From Candidatus Hydrogenedentota bacterium (GTDB lineage Bacteria; Hydrogenedentota; Hydrogenedentia; Hydrogenedentales; SLHB01), in the NCBI GenBank assembly GCA_963745075.1, contig CAVUWV010000020.1, forward strand, positions 160,001-224,000: DNA of 64,000 nucleotides, read 5' to 3'. Position numbers and translations under genes: made by a program. The notes under the pieces were generated by a model. It was not told where the DNA came from. It searched no databases and saw only the letters and a program-made list of their open reading frames with translations. Shown piece by piece: positions 1 through 10,659 of this stretch; position 1 is the stretch's first letter, and each line of letters opens with the position of its first letter.

Positions 1-45
1 GCCCAATATATTGAGTAACTTAGGGTGATCGGGACGATTATCGGG

Positions 46-74
46 TTGACTTCGCCATACCGCCGTGCTATAGT
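46..74 (+). promoter_or_regulatory. Putative sigma70-type promoter for the M23/bactofilin/mnmA genes
   Basis: TTGACT (46-51), 17-nt spacer, TGc-TATAGT (extended -10, hexamer at 69-74), upstream of the ATG at 219. Confidence 0.6.
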
Positions 75-218
75 GACGCCGATTCACGGGGAACCCCGAA
101 CATACATGCGGGGATATATCATCAGCGGACGGAAGATATATCAGCGGTGGGGAGTATTTCCCAAAACCCTCAATGGTGCAGAGTCTTTGTGCCATGAAAA
201 GCTCGGAGCAATGCCTGC

Positions 219-1241
219 ATGAAGCGTTGGACAGTCATGCTAATTCCCCACGATCAGGGGAATACACGTAGTCTCAATCTTTACTCTCTTCAGATTTGGG
301 TTGTCATTGGCGTTTTCGCGTCCTTGTCGTTTGTTTCTGCGTACGCATACCAGCGGTATGGCGTCGCGCAGGCCAAAGTCGAACGGCTGCAAGTGGAGAA
401 TCGGGAACTGGGCGTGGCCGCTGCGGCCAAGCCGGAGCCGGTCGACTCGGGTCTGAGCGAAACGCAGAAAGCCGATATCGAACAACGGGTGCGCGATGAA
501 TACGAAGTGCGCCTGACCGCGATTACGAGCCAGTTGAGCGAGCTGTACGATCTGGAGACGCGGTTCCGGACCATTAACGGACTTCCCCCGAAGTCGAACA
601 CGCCGGCCGGTTTTGTGGGTGCGACGGAAGAATCGGGAACGGGCGGCGGAAAAGGTGGCGCCCCGGCGACGGGACCAGACTCGGAATTGGAGTCGAGTGA
701 CGACGCACTGATGCGGCCACCGAGTGTAATCAATGGTGTGTATCGGCCCGGAGCGGACTTGATCGTTCAGGAAATCAACCTTCGCGCCGAGAGTCTGCGC
801 GAGTATGCGATTGCGAGTGACGCGCGGAAAGACACCATCGAGCGCATGCCGGCGGTGTGGCCGGTGCGCGGGCGCAAGGGAATCGTAACGTCGCGGTACG
901 GCTACCGCAAGGATCCGTTCACACGGGATTTGAGCTTCCACGACGGATATGACATATCAGCGCCGTATGGTTCACCGATTGTCGCCACCGCGCGCGGCAC
1001 GGTAATCTTTGCGGGTTGGGATAGGTATTTGGGCAATTGCGTCCGTATCGACCACGGGAACGGACTGGTCACGGTGTATGGCCACATGCAGAAATGTCTG
1101 GTCAGTGAAGGCGACAGAGTTTCTCGCGGCGATCAAATTGGTAAACTCGGCAGCACGGGTCGAAGCACGGGAGCCCACGTGCATTACGAAGTCCGCAAAC
1201 GCGGCAAGACCGTGGACCCCGAGAAATACCTGGGATACTAA
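219..1241 (+). CDS. M23 family metallopeptidase with N-terminal TM helix and coiled coil (LmdC/Csd1-like)
   Basis: HDGYD (HxxxD) and STGAHVHYEV (HxH) M23 motifs; N-terminal TM segment; adjacent to bactofilin. Confidence 0.93.
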   Translation: MKRWTVMLIPHDQGNTRSLNLYSLQIWVVIGVFASLSFVSAYAYQRYGVAQAKVERLQVENRELGVAAAAKPEPVDSGLSETQKADIEQRVRDEYEVRLTAITSQLSELYDLETRFRTINGLPPKSNTPAGFVGATEESGTGGGKGGAPATGPDSELESSDDALMRPPSVINGVYRPGADLIVQEINLRAESLREYAIASDARKDTIERMPAVWPVRGRKGIVTSRYGYRKDPFTRDLSFHDGYDISAPYGSPIVATARGTVIFAGWDRYLGNCVRIDHGNGLVTVYGHMQKCLVSEGDRVSRGDQIGKLGSTGRSTGAHVHYEVRKRGKTVDPEKYLGY

Positions 1242-1250
1242 CCACACCTT

Positions 1251-1703
1251 ATGCTTGATGCATCGAAGAAACGTTCATTTGGCGACACCAAGGTCGTCAC
1301 CATCATCGGTCAGGGCACTACGGTCATCGGTGAACTGAAATCCAAGGGGACGATCCGAATTGAGGGGGTCGTGTCCGGCCGGGTTCACAGTGACGACACC
1401 ATCGTGGTGCAGGAATCGGGCCGCGTGAAGGCCGACTTGTATGCCGGCCAGATTACGATCAGCGGCGAAGTGGAAGGCAACGTCTTCGCCCAGGATCGCC
1501 TGGAGATTGCCACCAACGGCAAACTGGTGGGCGACATCGTCTCCCCGCGGGTGAGTATCGCCGAGGGGGTCCTGTTTGAAGGCAAGTGCACCATGAAGCC
1601 CCCCGGTCAGGCGGCTTCAAGTCAAGGGGCAGCCCAAGCAGCGCCCGCGCGAGTTGACGGCGGTTCCCAGTCGCAAGGCGGATCCGCGCCGAAAGCCGAG
1701 TAA
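1251..1703 (+). CDS. Bactofilin (polymer-forming cytoskeletal protein, CcmA family)
   Basis: TIIGQGTTVIGEL...IRIEGVVSG...IAEGVLFEGKCTM beta-helix repeats. Confidence 0.93.
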   Translation: MLDASKKRSFGDTKVVTIIGQGTTVIGELKSKGTIRIEGVVSGRVHSDDTIVVQESGRVKADLYAGQITISGEVEGNVFAQDRLEIATNGKLVGDIVSPRVSIAEGVLFEGKCTMKPPGQAASSQGAAQAAPARVDGGSQSQGGSAPKAE

Positions 1704-1708
1704 CTTAG

Positions 1709-2812
<1,104 letters not shown>

Positions 2813-2816
<4 letters not shown>

Positions 2817-5800
2817 CGCGCCACTTCAGCGTGTTTCAGGGGATGGATCATCACCGGCCCTAACAGACCCGATCGCGGCAAGGGTTCAAAACCAATCAGC
2901 CGCGCCATCGCTTGCGGCGTATCGTTCACGCCTTTGCCAAGCCGATCCCGCAATTCCTCGGGTACCGGGGGCGGACCGGTCAATCCCGAAACGCGATTGA
3001 TGAGCGTATTGGTCACTTGCACTTCCAGACGGTTCACACCTTCGCGGACGAGTCGCGTGATATTGAGCTCCTGTCCGCGCATCCATACGACGCCTGCCGC
3101 CTGGTCGTTAAGAGACACTTCCGCGACGTTCCCTACATCACCGAGATCCAGTTGCAATTCGATATCCTCGCGGACGTATTCGGCGGGCAAATCGAAGTCG
3201 AGCGTGTAGATTCCCGTACCGCTGAAGTGGCGTGTGGCGCGGTGCTCCGTCCAGGAGGTAAGCGCCTCCATGGTCTTCTCAACCCTTGAGAAATGCTCGG
3301 ACTCAAGGACAAGGGACCAGGGGCCCGAGATGTGAAATGGCGAAGGCACATCGTCAACCGTCACGCGGTGGACGGCGACGCCACCGAATTGTAGTGCGTA
3401 CAATCCATTTTCGTTGACAGTGAAATGCACATGGTCATCTCCGACTGCCGACACGTCGCATGCGTCCGTATAGGTCACATGATCGACCGGCGCGTCGGCC
3501 TCGAAAACAACGAACGTCGAGGCATAGGGGGCCAGCCGGATGGGCACGGCCGTCACTCCACCGCGGTCGTCGTATACAAGCATCCGCCGGACCAATCCGT
3601 CGTAGGGGTTCCACATCCACGGCATCTTCCCGGTCACGTGGAATGCGACGGGAATATCGACGGCGTGTTCCTGAATGTTGGTGACGAAATAAATGTCGCG
3701 TTCGCCCTCACGACGGTGGACGAAAGTCAGACCCGGGTTGTCCCGCCAGGCCAGCCGCACGAAGTCGATGCCGAAATCGGGCTGACACTCCTTGCGGAGA
3801 ACTTTCAGGAAAGGGTCCAGGACACTGCTCCGCCGGTCGAGCACGTCGGACCGGTCCATCACCGTGTTAAGCTGATAAGTCCGCCCTTGGCCGAATTCAT
3901 GATATCCATTGCCATTGCGGCCGCGCGGGACCTCGAACAGTTCGCCTGCCATTGTGCGCACGGCTTCGTCTTTATGAGCGTAGTCATCGAGGCCGGTCGA
4001 TTGATCCGGCACGCGTTCGAGGGCGATAACCGTTCCTCCCTGCTGGACATACTCTTGAATGCGTTGCAATGATGCCAGGGGCATCGCTTCAATATTGGGA
4101 AGGATAAGAATGCGATAGGCGTTCTCACCTACGCGCAAGCGCTCGCCGTCGAGTGCTGCGGCGTGCTGCAACACGTCATCGTTGATGAGATCGAAGTCGT
4201 AGCCGTTGGCGATGAACAGGCGCCCCACATCGCCCCAATCGAAGTCGCGGGTCCAGCGGCGGGCGTTCAGCACATCTTTGGTCCATTGGTTGGCGAGGGG
4301 AGAATAGATGGCGACGTCGGCGGTGAATGCGCCTTGACGAAGCAGATAGCTGCATCGCGAAACGTAATCGCTCAAATATGGGTAGTACGGCCACCAGACA
4401 TTGTCGGGACTGATGTGGATAGCGGCGTAGAACCCGCGCGTCGGGGCGATGTCGCGTTCGGGAATCCCGGTAAAGCCGTGGTTGTAGATCTTGTTCGCAC
4501 CGGACCGCAGGAAGATGTCGTCGGCGATCTTCAGTTCCTCCAACGTCGCGCGATAAGGGTCCCAATGTTGGTACGTATGCGCTTCCGTCGTGACGATGTT
4601 GCGGCCGTATAGATGCGCGCCGGAGGCCACGTACTTTTTCGGCCCGATCCGCGTGTCGAACCAGGGAACGGCATCTTTCTCGCCGGCCGTGATTTCCATT
4701 TCGGGCACGTCCGCGAGGCCGGCGCCTTGGATGTTATCCGTGACGAATCCGTAGGGCTGGATGCGCGCTTTCACGTTGTGCGCGGCGCACCAACGCAACA
4801 TGGGTTTGAAGAACGCCTCGATACCGGTGTGGTTGAGGAACGCGTTCACGTCGTATCGAATCTTCGGGGAGAGGTTTCCCACGTCCCACCACAGTGCGGG
4901 AAGGTACGGGGTAAGGTCGTAGCCCTTGTATTCGCGGAATGCTTCGAGCAGATGCTGGTTCCAGTAAATCCCGTTGCGGTGGATGGGCACTTCAAAACTG
5001 TCGGAGAACATGGACTCGACCGTTTTGCCGAATTCATCGCCGACCGCCGATTCCAACAGTCCGCCAACGTGGTCGAAGTAGCGCGTCATGGCGGCCTCGT
5101 TGAGGTGGTCCACGACGGTGCCGTCATCTACATAAGTCAGCCAGAAGGCCATGACGCGCCATTGGCCCCGCGGCACATCCCAGCGAAGCGTACGGCCATC
5201 GACGCGGTCCGTCAGAACCGCGAGCGACGACTCGTCGATCCGGTTCCCGTCGAGTAATCCCGCAACCACAGCAACCAAGCGATCGTCGGGGTTAATGTCC
5301 GGGCGCGAACGCCAATCGCGCGGATTCAGCGTGGCTTCCTCCGAGAGCGGTCCTTCAAATGACCGGCCCCCTTCGATATCGAAGGAACTGGCGAGGAGAT
5401 TCTGGTTGCGTTCTTCCTGCGGCACAAAATCGCCGCCAAAGACCCACCCCGGCCCGCCGAAGTTCAAGGAGAACTCCATTCCCAACCGTTTAGCTTCGCT
5501 GACGGCGTGCCGAAGCAGTTCGAGGTACTCGGGTGAGAGATAGGGGTGGTTCCCCTTCTCGTAGACGTCGTCCATGGTGATTTGTTCGACGCCGCCGATG
5601 CCGTGGTCGTGCATTTGTTCGAGCTGCCACGTAATGTCGTCTTTGGACAGGGCATTTCCCATCCACCACCAACGCGTGTGGGGCCAGCACGAGACCGGCG
5701 GATCGGCGAACTGGGATTGCATGGCTGAAGGTGGCTCGGCGGACACGGGTGTGGCGGGGGCGACTGCCAGCACCCAAATGAGAGCTAGTGAGAACTGGAC

Positions 5801-5818
5801 CGTGATTCGTTTGGACAT
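2813..5818 (-). CDS. Secreted glycoside hydrolase, GH106 (alpha-L-rhamnosidase)-like
   Basis: Signal peptide; [29 protein letters not shown]-terminal [12 protein letters not shown]...NRLEVQVTN...SGLLGPV. Confidence 0.8.
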
Positions 5819-5855
5819 GGTGGCTCCCCCAAGTGCAAAAGCTCAGTGTAGCACG

Positions 5856-5949
5856 ATGGACGAAATGGACTGTATGGACGAGATGGACATGGAGGAAGAT
5901 GGCCACGGGCTGAGGGGACCGTGCAGCCCGGTGATTCCATATCGTCCAT
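5856..5949. repeat. Intergenic 9-bp-period ATGGACnnn tandem repeat with inverted partial copy
   Basis: ATGGACgaa ATGGACtgt ATGGACgag ATGGAC (5856-5888); TCCATatcGTCCAT (5936-5949) is the reverse complement of the same unit. Confidence 0.65.
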
Positions 5950-5952
5950 TCT

Positions 5953-6693
5953 TCACCGGACCGCCAGCCACACGAGCCAGGCAGGGACAATCTGCATGGT
6001 CGCGTTGTCCCAGCCGTGCGGTGTGACGGCTTCGCAGCATGCAGATACGATCCCGATACCCAACGCAACGAGCAAGAGGCGTGGTGAAAGATCGACGCCG
6101 GGCAGGAGCATGAAGCTCAGGACAACGGCCAAGGCCGAGACGATCAGCACGGCGAAGGAGCCTTCCCAACTGCGGGTGCACATGACGCCGCGCAGGGCCG
6201 GTACGCGGTAGGTGTGCTGTCCAAAGCGGGTGCCGATGGGTTCGCCGATTGCGTCGCCGACGCCGGTGACGAGAAATCCAGCCAAGGCAATGGGACCGAA
6301 CCAGATCGCGGAAAGCACGCCGCCTACGAGAGTCGCAAGATATGGCACAACGATATAGTGCGTGCGGTGCGGCGCGTCTTTTTCCCGCGCGATGGCTTCG
6401 TAAAAAGAAGCTCCGGGACCGCGCAGGAGAGCAAAGGCAATCACGACAGTCGTCATCGCACCGAACAGGCATACGGCCCGCGTTCCGACGGCGGCCTGCA
6501 ATAATGCGGCGGAGAAGAATATGCCGAAGTGGAAGACTTTGCGCGTGAATCCGGTGGGCCACCGGGCGCGGCGTTTCAGGTACGCCGCAAGGGCCAAACA
6601 AAAGAGCGCCCAAAGCAGGGCCGGTGGACCGTATATGGCAACCTCGGCCGGCGTGGGCAAATTGTCGATGAAAAATTGGGCCAGCGCCCGCAT
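5953..6693 (-). CDS. Polyprenol/phytol/dolichol kinase-like membrane protein
   Basis: TRKVFH, GVGDAIGEPIGTRFG, RSWEGS, DNA motifs; multiple TM segments. Confidence 0.8.
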   Translation of the reverse strand: MRALAQFFIDNLPTPAEVAIYGPPALLWALFCLALAAYLKRRARWPTGFTRKVFHFGIFFSAALLQAAVGTRAVCLFGAMTTVVIAFALLRGPGASFYEAIAREKDAPHRTHYIVVPYLATLVGGVLSAIWFGPIALAGFLVTGVGDAIGEPIGTRFGQHTYRVPALRGVMCTRSWEGSFAVLIVSALAVVLSFMLLPGVDLSPRLLLVALGIGIVSACCEAVTPHGWDNATMQIVPAWLVWLAVR

Positions 6694-6718
6694 CGCTTAC
6701 GGCCTCTCCGAAAGAACG

Positions 6719-8086
6719 TTAATCCATCGCCGCTTTATCGGGGTACGATTGCACACCATTTTGAAGTTCATCCGCGGTGATGACGAAAGGTTTCCAGGCC
6801 GGATTGCCTTCGGCGTCGTAGAGGTTGAACGTCAGCGTGGGAATGCGGGTGAGGTCGAAGGACAGGATCCCCACGTTCGGTTTCTCGAAGCCGGGACGCA
6901 AACGGACTTCCGGATTCCGGGTCCGCCAGTTGTCGGAGGCCGCTTGCGCCAATGGCGAACTGACGAGATCGTAGAAGTCGTAGCCGCCTTTTTCGGACCA
7001 TGGGATGGCGTTGAGTTCGCCAACATGGGTATCGCCGGACAGCAACACGACGCCGCGGATGTCGTTGGTGCGGATGAACTCGAACAAGGCGTTACGCTCG
7101 TGGAGAAAGGCAGCCCAGGAGTCGCCCCCCTCCCCTTTTGCCGAAGTCCAGCCACTGCCGCTGACGAGCACCTTGAAGACTCCATCGCTCGACTTCAGTT
7201 CGTCCTTCAACCACTGGAGTTGCTTCGCGCCGAGAAAGGTCTTGTCCGGCGTGTCGGGGGCGTCATTGGGATCGCGGTAGTAGCGGCAGTCCAGGAAGAA
7301 GAAGTCGACGCCGCCGTATGAATACGAAAAGAACACGCCGGGTGCATCGGGAAGGCCGTAGGACGGGTTGGGCCAGTATTGCTGGAAGACCGCGAGGGCT
7401 TCGTCTTTGATTGGATTGGTCCGATCGTGATCGTTGAGCCCGTAGTCGTGGTCGTCCCAGACCGCCAACTGCGGGACTTTCCGGTTCACCGGACGAAGAT
7501 TCGGGACGTCGCGCGCCCGCCGGTATTCCTCGGCGAGAATGGTGGGTTCCAGGGAATCTCCGTACATGTTGTCGCCGAGCCAGAAGAAAAGGTGGGGCGC
7601 GAAGTTGGAAACGGTATTCCAAATTGGTTGGACGGGGTCGCGCTGATACCGCGCGCAGGATCCGAATGCGACGGTAAACTTCGCGGGCGTGCCCGATGCG
7701 GGCGCCGTCATAAACGTACCCAGCGAGCCTTTCTCAAAGTAGGCGGGGGCGCCACCGTTCACTTCGACCCGGTAGAAATAGCGGGCGCCGGGCTGCAGGC
7801 CCTCCACTTTCGCGACCACGATGAAATCGTTTTCCCGCTGCGCGGTAACGGGTTCGCCCCAGGTGATTTCGGTTAATGCGGCATCCTGCGCGCACCCGAC
7901 CCGAAACGTGAATTCGCCGGAGAGCCGCGCCCAGACCGTGATGCTGTCTTCGGTGACCGGCCCCAGCATGGGCCCCTGCATACAGCGGGGAGAGCCGAGG
8001 TCGCTTTTCGCGGAGGCCAATGGGGACAGGATTAGGAATGCACAAAGCAGGAAGAATCCCACCCGATAAGAGCGCTCTGCGATCAT
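6719..8086 (-). CDS. phoD: PhoD-family alkaline phosphatase/phosphodiesterase
   Basis: Signal peptide; AFGSC, WLGDNMYGD, WDDHDY, LDCRYYR, LSGDTH. Confidence 0.88.
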   Translation of the reverse strand: MIAERSYRVGFFLLCAFLILSPLASAKSDLGSPRCMQGPMLGPVTEDSITVWARLSGEFTFRVGCAQDAALTEITWGEPVTAQRENDFIVVAKVEGLQPGARYFYRVEVNGGAPAYFEKGSLGTFMTAPASGTPAKFTVAFGSCARYQRDPVQPIWNTVSNFAPHLFFWLGDNMYGDSLEPTILAEEYRRARDVPNLRPVNRKVPQLAVWDDHDYGLNDHDRTNPIKDEALAVFQQYWPNPSYGLPDAPGVFFSYSYGGVDFFFLDCRYYRDPNDAPDTPDKTFLGAKQLQWLKDELKSSDGVFKVLVSGSGWTSAKGEGGDSWAAFLHERNALFEFIRTNDIRGVVLLSGDTHVGELNAIPWSEKGGYDFYDLVSSPLAQAASDNWRTRNPEVRLRPGFEKPNVGILSFDLTRIPTLTFNLYDAEGNPAWKPFVITADELQNGVQSYPDKAAMD

Positions 8087-8138
8087 CGCAAACCTCCCAC
8101 GTCGTGGCTAGCGTGTTGGTATCTATCCGCGGCTGATT

Positions 8139-9200
8139 CTAACTGTACTTGGCGCGTAACGTTTGTGCGGCTTTCGCCTCATTCGACAGTTTCTCGTACG
8201 CTTCGTCGATGGGAATCTCTGCGGCGTTGCCGGGGGCAAATCCGCAATCGGGATTCAGGTACACCTGCTCGGGTTTGAGGTACTGCAATGCCTTTTCGAC
8301 GCGCTCGACGATGGCGTCGACCGAGTCGATAGTCTCGCCGCGGCAGTCGACACAGCCCAACCCGACCTGGCAATTCGCCGGTAGCTGTTGGAGCACGGAA
8401 AGATCGCCCGCCACGGGAATGGTAAATTCCATGACGTATTGATCGACGTTCAACCGTTGTAGGGCGGGAAGAATGGGATCGTACCCGCCCTCGCCGACCC
8501 ACCCGGCGCGGGCCTTGTTGCGGCGGCAGAGGTGAATCGCTTTGGTGACGCCGTCGACCCCATCCATGATTTGGTTCAACAGGTCGACGCACAAATCGAT
8601 TTCGCGCTGCGGATTGTCGTATTTGGCGCGGACCCGATCGTCGACGAAAAGGCAGAGGTGCGGGTCGTCGAATTGCACGATGTCGGCCCCGGCGTCCCGC
8701 AACGCGATCAATTCACCACGCAGAATGGGAACCAGCGCCTCCATAAACGCGTCCCGCGTCGGATACGCGGCCGCCGAGTCCGCTTCACTCCACATCCGCT
8801 GTCCCAACAAGTACGGAGACGGGAGTGCAACCTTGATCAATCGGTCGGTGCGCTCGTGCAGGTACGCGGCCTCCTTCGCGGCCAACCCAGGACGTACGGG
8901 CTTCAACGGCGCAACGACCGTGTGCCACCAGACTCCATCCTTCCGTTCCAGTCGAAACCCGTCGCACACGTCCGCGATGATGCCGATGTAGGAGCGGCGC
9001 CGGTACTCGCCGTCGGAGACGATATCGAGCCCGGCCGATTCCTGCACGGCCAGGATGTAGTCCACGGCCGCATCCATCCGTTTCTCGAACGCTCCGGGTT
9101 CGGATGGTGTCTTTTCGGGGTCCAACAGGTCCCGGACAAACTGGGATCGCGGCATGCTTCCCACCACGCCGGCGGGGAAAAGTGGAATTGCGCGGCTCAT
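8139..9200 (-). CDS. Cobalamin-independent methionine synthase II family (MetE C-terminal/core-like) Zn enzyme
   Basis: VVGSMPR, SDGEYRR, IVQFDDP, HLC Zn motif, NPDCGF; ATG at 9200 overlaps the upstream stop (ATGA). Confidence 0.85.
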   Translation of the reverse strand: MSRAIPLFPAGVVGSMPRSQFVRDLLDPEKTPSEPGAFEKRMDAAVDYILAVQESAGLDIVSDGEYRRRSYIGIIADVCDGFRLERKDGVWWHTVVAPLKPVRPGLAAKEAAYLHERTDRLIKVALPSPYLLGQRMWSEADSAAAYPTRDAFMEALVPILRGELIALRDAGADIVQFDDPHLCLFVDDRVRAKYDNPQREIDLCVDLLNQIMDGVDGVTKAIHLCRRNKARAGWVGEGGYDPILPALQRLNVDQYVMEFTIPVAGDLSVLQQLPANCQVGLGCVDCRGETIDSVDAIVERVEKALQYLKPEQVYLNPDCGFAPGNAAEIPIDEAYEKLSNEAKAAQTLRAKYS

Positions 9201-9952
9201 AGGGCCCATTCCTTTCGTGCAATCTGAAAATCCTGGTTGGTGTCGATTTCCATATAGCCGCCGTGCGTCGGCAAGGCGTGCATATCAATACCCGCATCGA
9301 TCATGTGCTGAAACAAATCGATGAGGTACGCTTTCCGGAACGTCTTGGAGGCCTGAAAGGGACCGTCGCCGTGCCGCTCGCGGGCTTGGTGGTAGTGGGT
9401 CTTCAGCGCCGCCGCACCTGCGGGGGTAAACCGCGCCACGCCGATGTACTCGCCGAAGGCTTCTTCCGAGGGCATGGTCCGGTTGACGTGCGCGACGCGC
9501 AGGTTGCCGTCCAGCCGAATCTTTTCCCCGTCTTCCTCCGGGTGATTGGTTCGCTGGACGTACCGCGTTCGCCAGTCCGTATCGCACACCAGCGTGCAGT
9601 CGTGGGTGGATTGCATCAAGTCGCGGACGATATCCGGGGTGTACAGGATATCGCTGTACGCGCAGACGAATCCGTCGTCCATGTGTACTTCCGCGTGCAG
9701 GAGCGATTCCATGATGTTGTTGTTGGGCCAGTCCGCGTTGTGACAGAACGTGAACTGGGGATATTCGCGCTTGATGAGTTCGATCTGATATCCGCCGATA
9801 TAGACGACGTCCGTCAATCCGCCCGCACGAAGGGACTCGAGGCCCCAGTCCAGAATGCGCTTCCCACCCACTTCCGCAAAACACTTGGGCGCGTCCGCGG
9901 TATGCGGCATCAGCCGCGCCCCACGCCCGGCGCCGATAATAATCGCTTTCAC
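9197..9952 (-). CDS. LicC-like NTP transferase (phosphocholine/phosphonate cytidylyltransferase family)
   Basis: KAIIIGAGRGARL, PKC, GGYQ, NNIMESL, YSDIL, EIDT. Confidence 0.82.
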   Translation of the reverse strand: MKAIIIGAGRGARLMPHTADAPKCFAEVGGKRILDWGLESLRAGGLTDVVYIGGYQIELIKREYPQFTFCHNADWPNNNIMESLLHAEVHMDDGFVCAYSDILYTPDIVRDLMQSTHDCTLVCDTDWRTRYVQRTNHPEEDGEKIRLDGNLRVAHVNRTMPSEEAFGEYIGVARFTPAGAAALKTHYHQARERHGDGPFQASKTFRKAYLIDLFQHMIDAGIDMHALPTHGGYMEIDTNQDFQIARKEWAL

Positions 9953-9989
9953 AGTCGCCCTTTCCTTGTCTTTCTACCGCGGTGGTTCG

Positions 9990-10565
9990 TTACCGCGCTC
10001 GCGTTTTCGCCACTTGCCCGTATCGAAAGCAATCGACGGTATGATCGTTCACCATGCCGGTCGCCTGCATGAAGGCATAACATATCGTGGAGCCCACGAA
10101 TTTGAATCCCCGTTTCTTGAGATCTTTGCTCATGGCGTCGGACTCGCCGGTCTTGGCCGGAATATCCTGGAGCCGCTTCCAGCGGTTTACAATCGGGCGA
10201 CCGCCGACAAACTGCCAGATATACGCGTCGAACGATCCAAATTCGCGTTGGACCTTCAGAAAGGCCTTCGCATTGACGACGGCCGATTCGACTTTGAGCC
10301 GGTTGCGCACGATACGTTCGTCGGTGAGCAGCCTTGCAAGCTTTCGAGCATCGTAGCGGGCAATCTTCTTCGGGTCAAAGTCGTCGAACAGCGCGCGGTA
10401 TCCGTCCCGCTTTTTGAGAATGGTCGACCAACTCAACCCCGCCTGGGCGCCTTCCAGGATAAGAAACTCGAAGAGCAGCCGGTCATCGTGAACGGGAACG
10501 CCCCACTCGGTGTCGTGGTAGGCGATATCGCGTTCGCCGCGGGCCCAAGCGCATCGATTCGGCAC
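9990..10565 (-). CDS. tag: DNA-3-methyladenine glycosylase I
   Basis: RCAW...YHDTEWG, LEGAQAGLSW, IVRNRLK, FKFVGSTI, NDH...CF. Confidence 0.95.
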   Translation of the reverse strand: MPNRCAWARGERDIAYHDTEWGVPVHDDRLLFEFLILEGAQAGLSWSTILKKRDGYRALFDDFDPKKIARYDARKLARLLTDERIVRNRLKVESAVVNAKAFLKVQREFGSFDAYIWQFVGGRPIVNRWKRLQDIPAKTGESDAMSKDLKKRGFKFVGSTICYAFMQATGMVNDHTVDCFRYGQVAKTRAR

Positions 10566-10659
10566 AGTGCGAGTCCTTTCCAGGCATACGCTACGAGGGG
10601 TCGTGTTCGAGATCGCCGCGCGGACGATAGCTCCGTTCTCGCACCGTGCGGCGCCCGCA

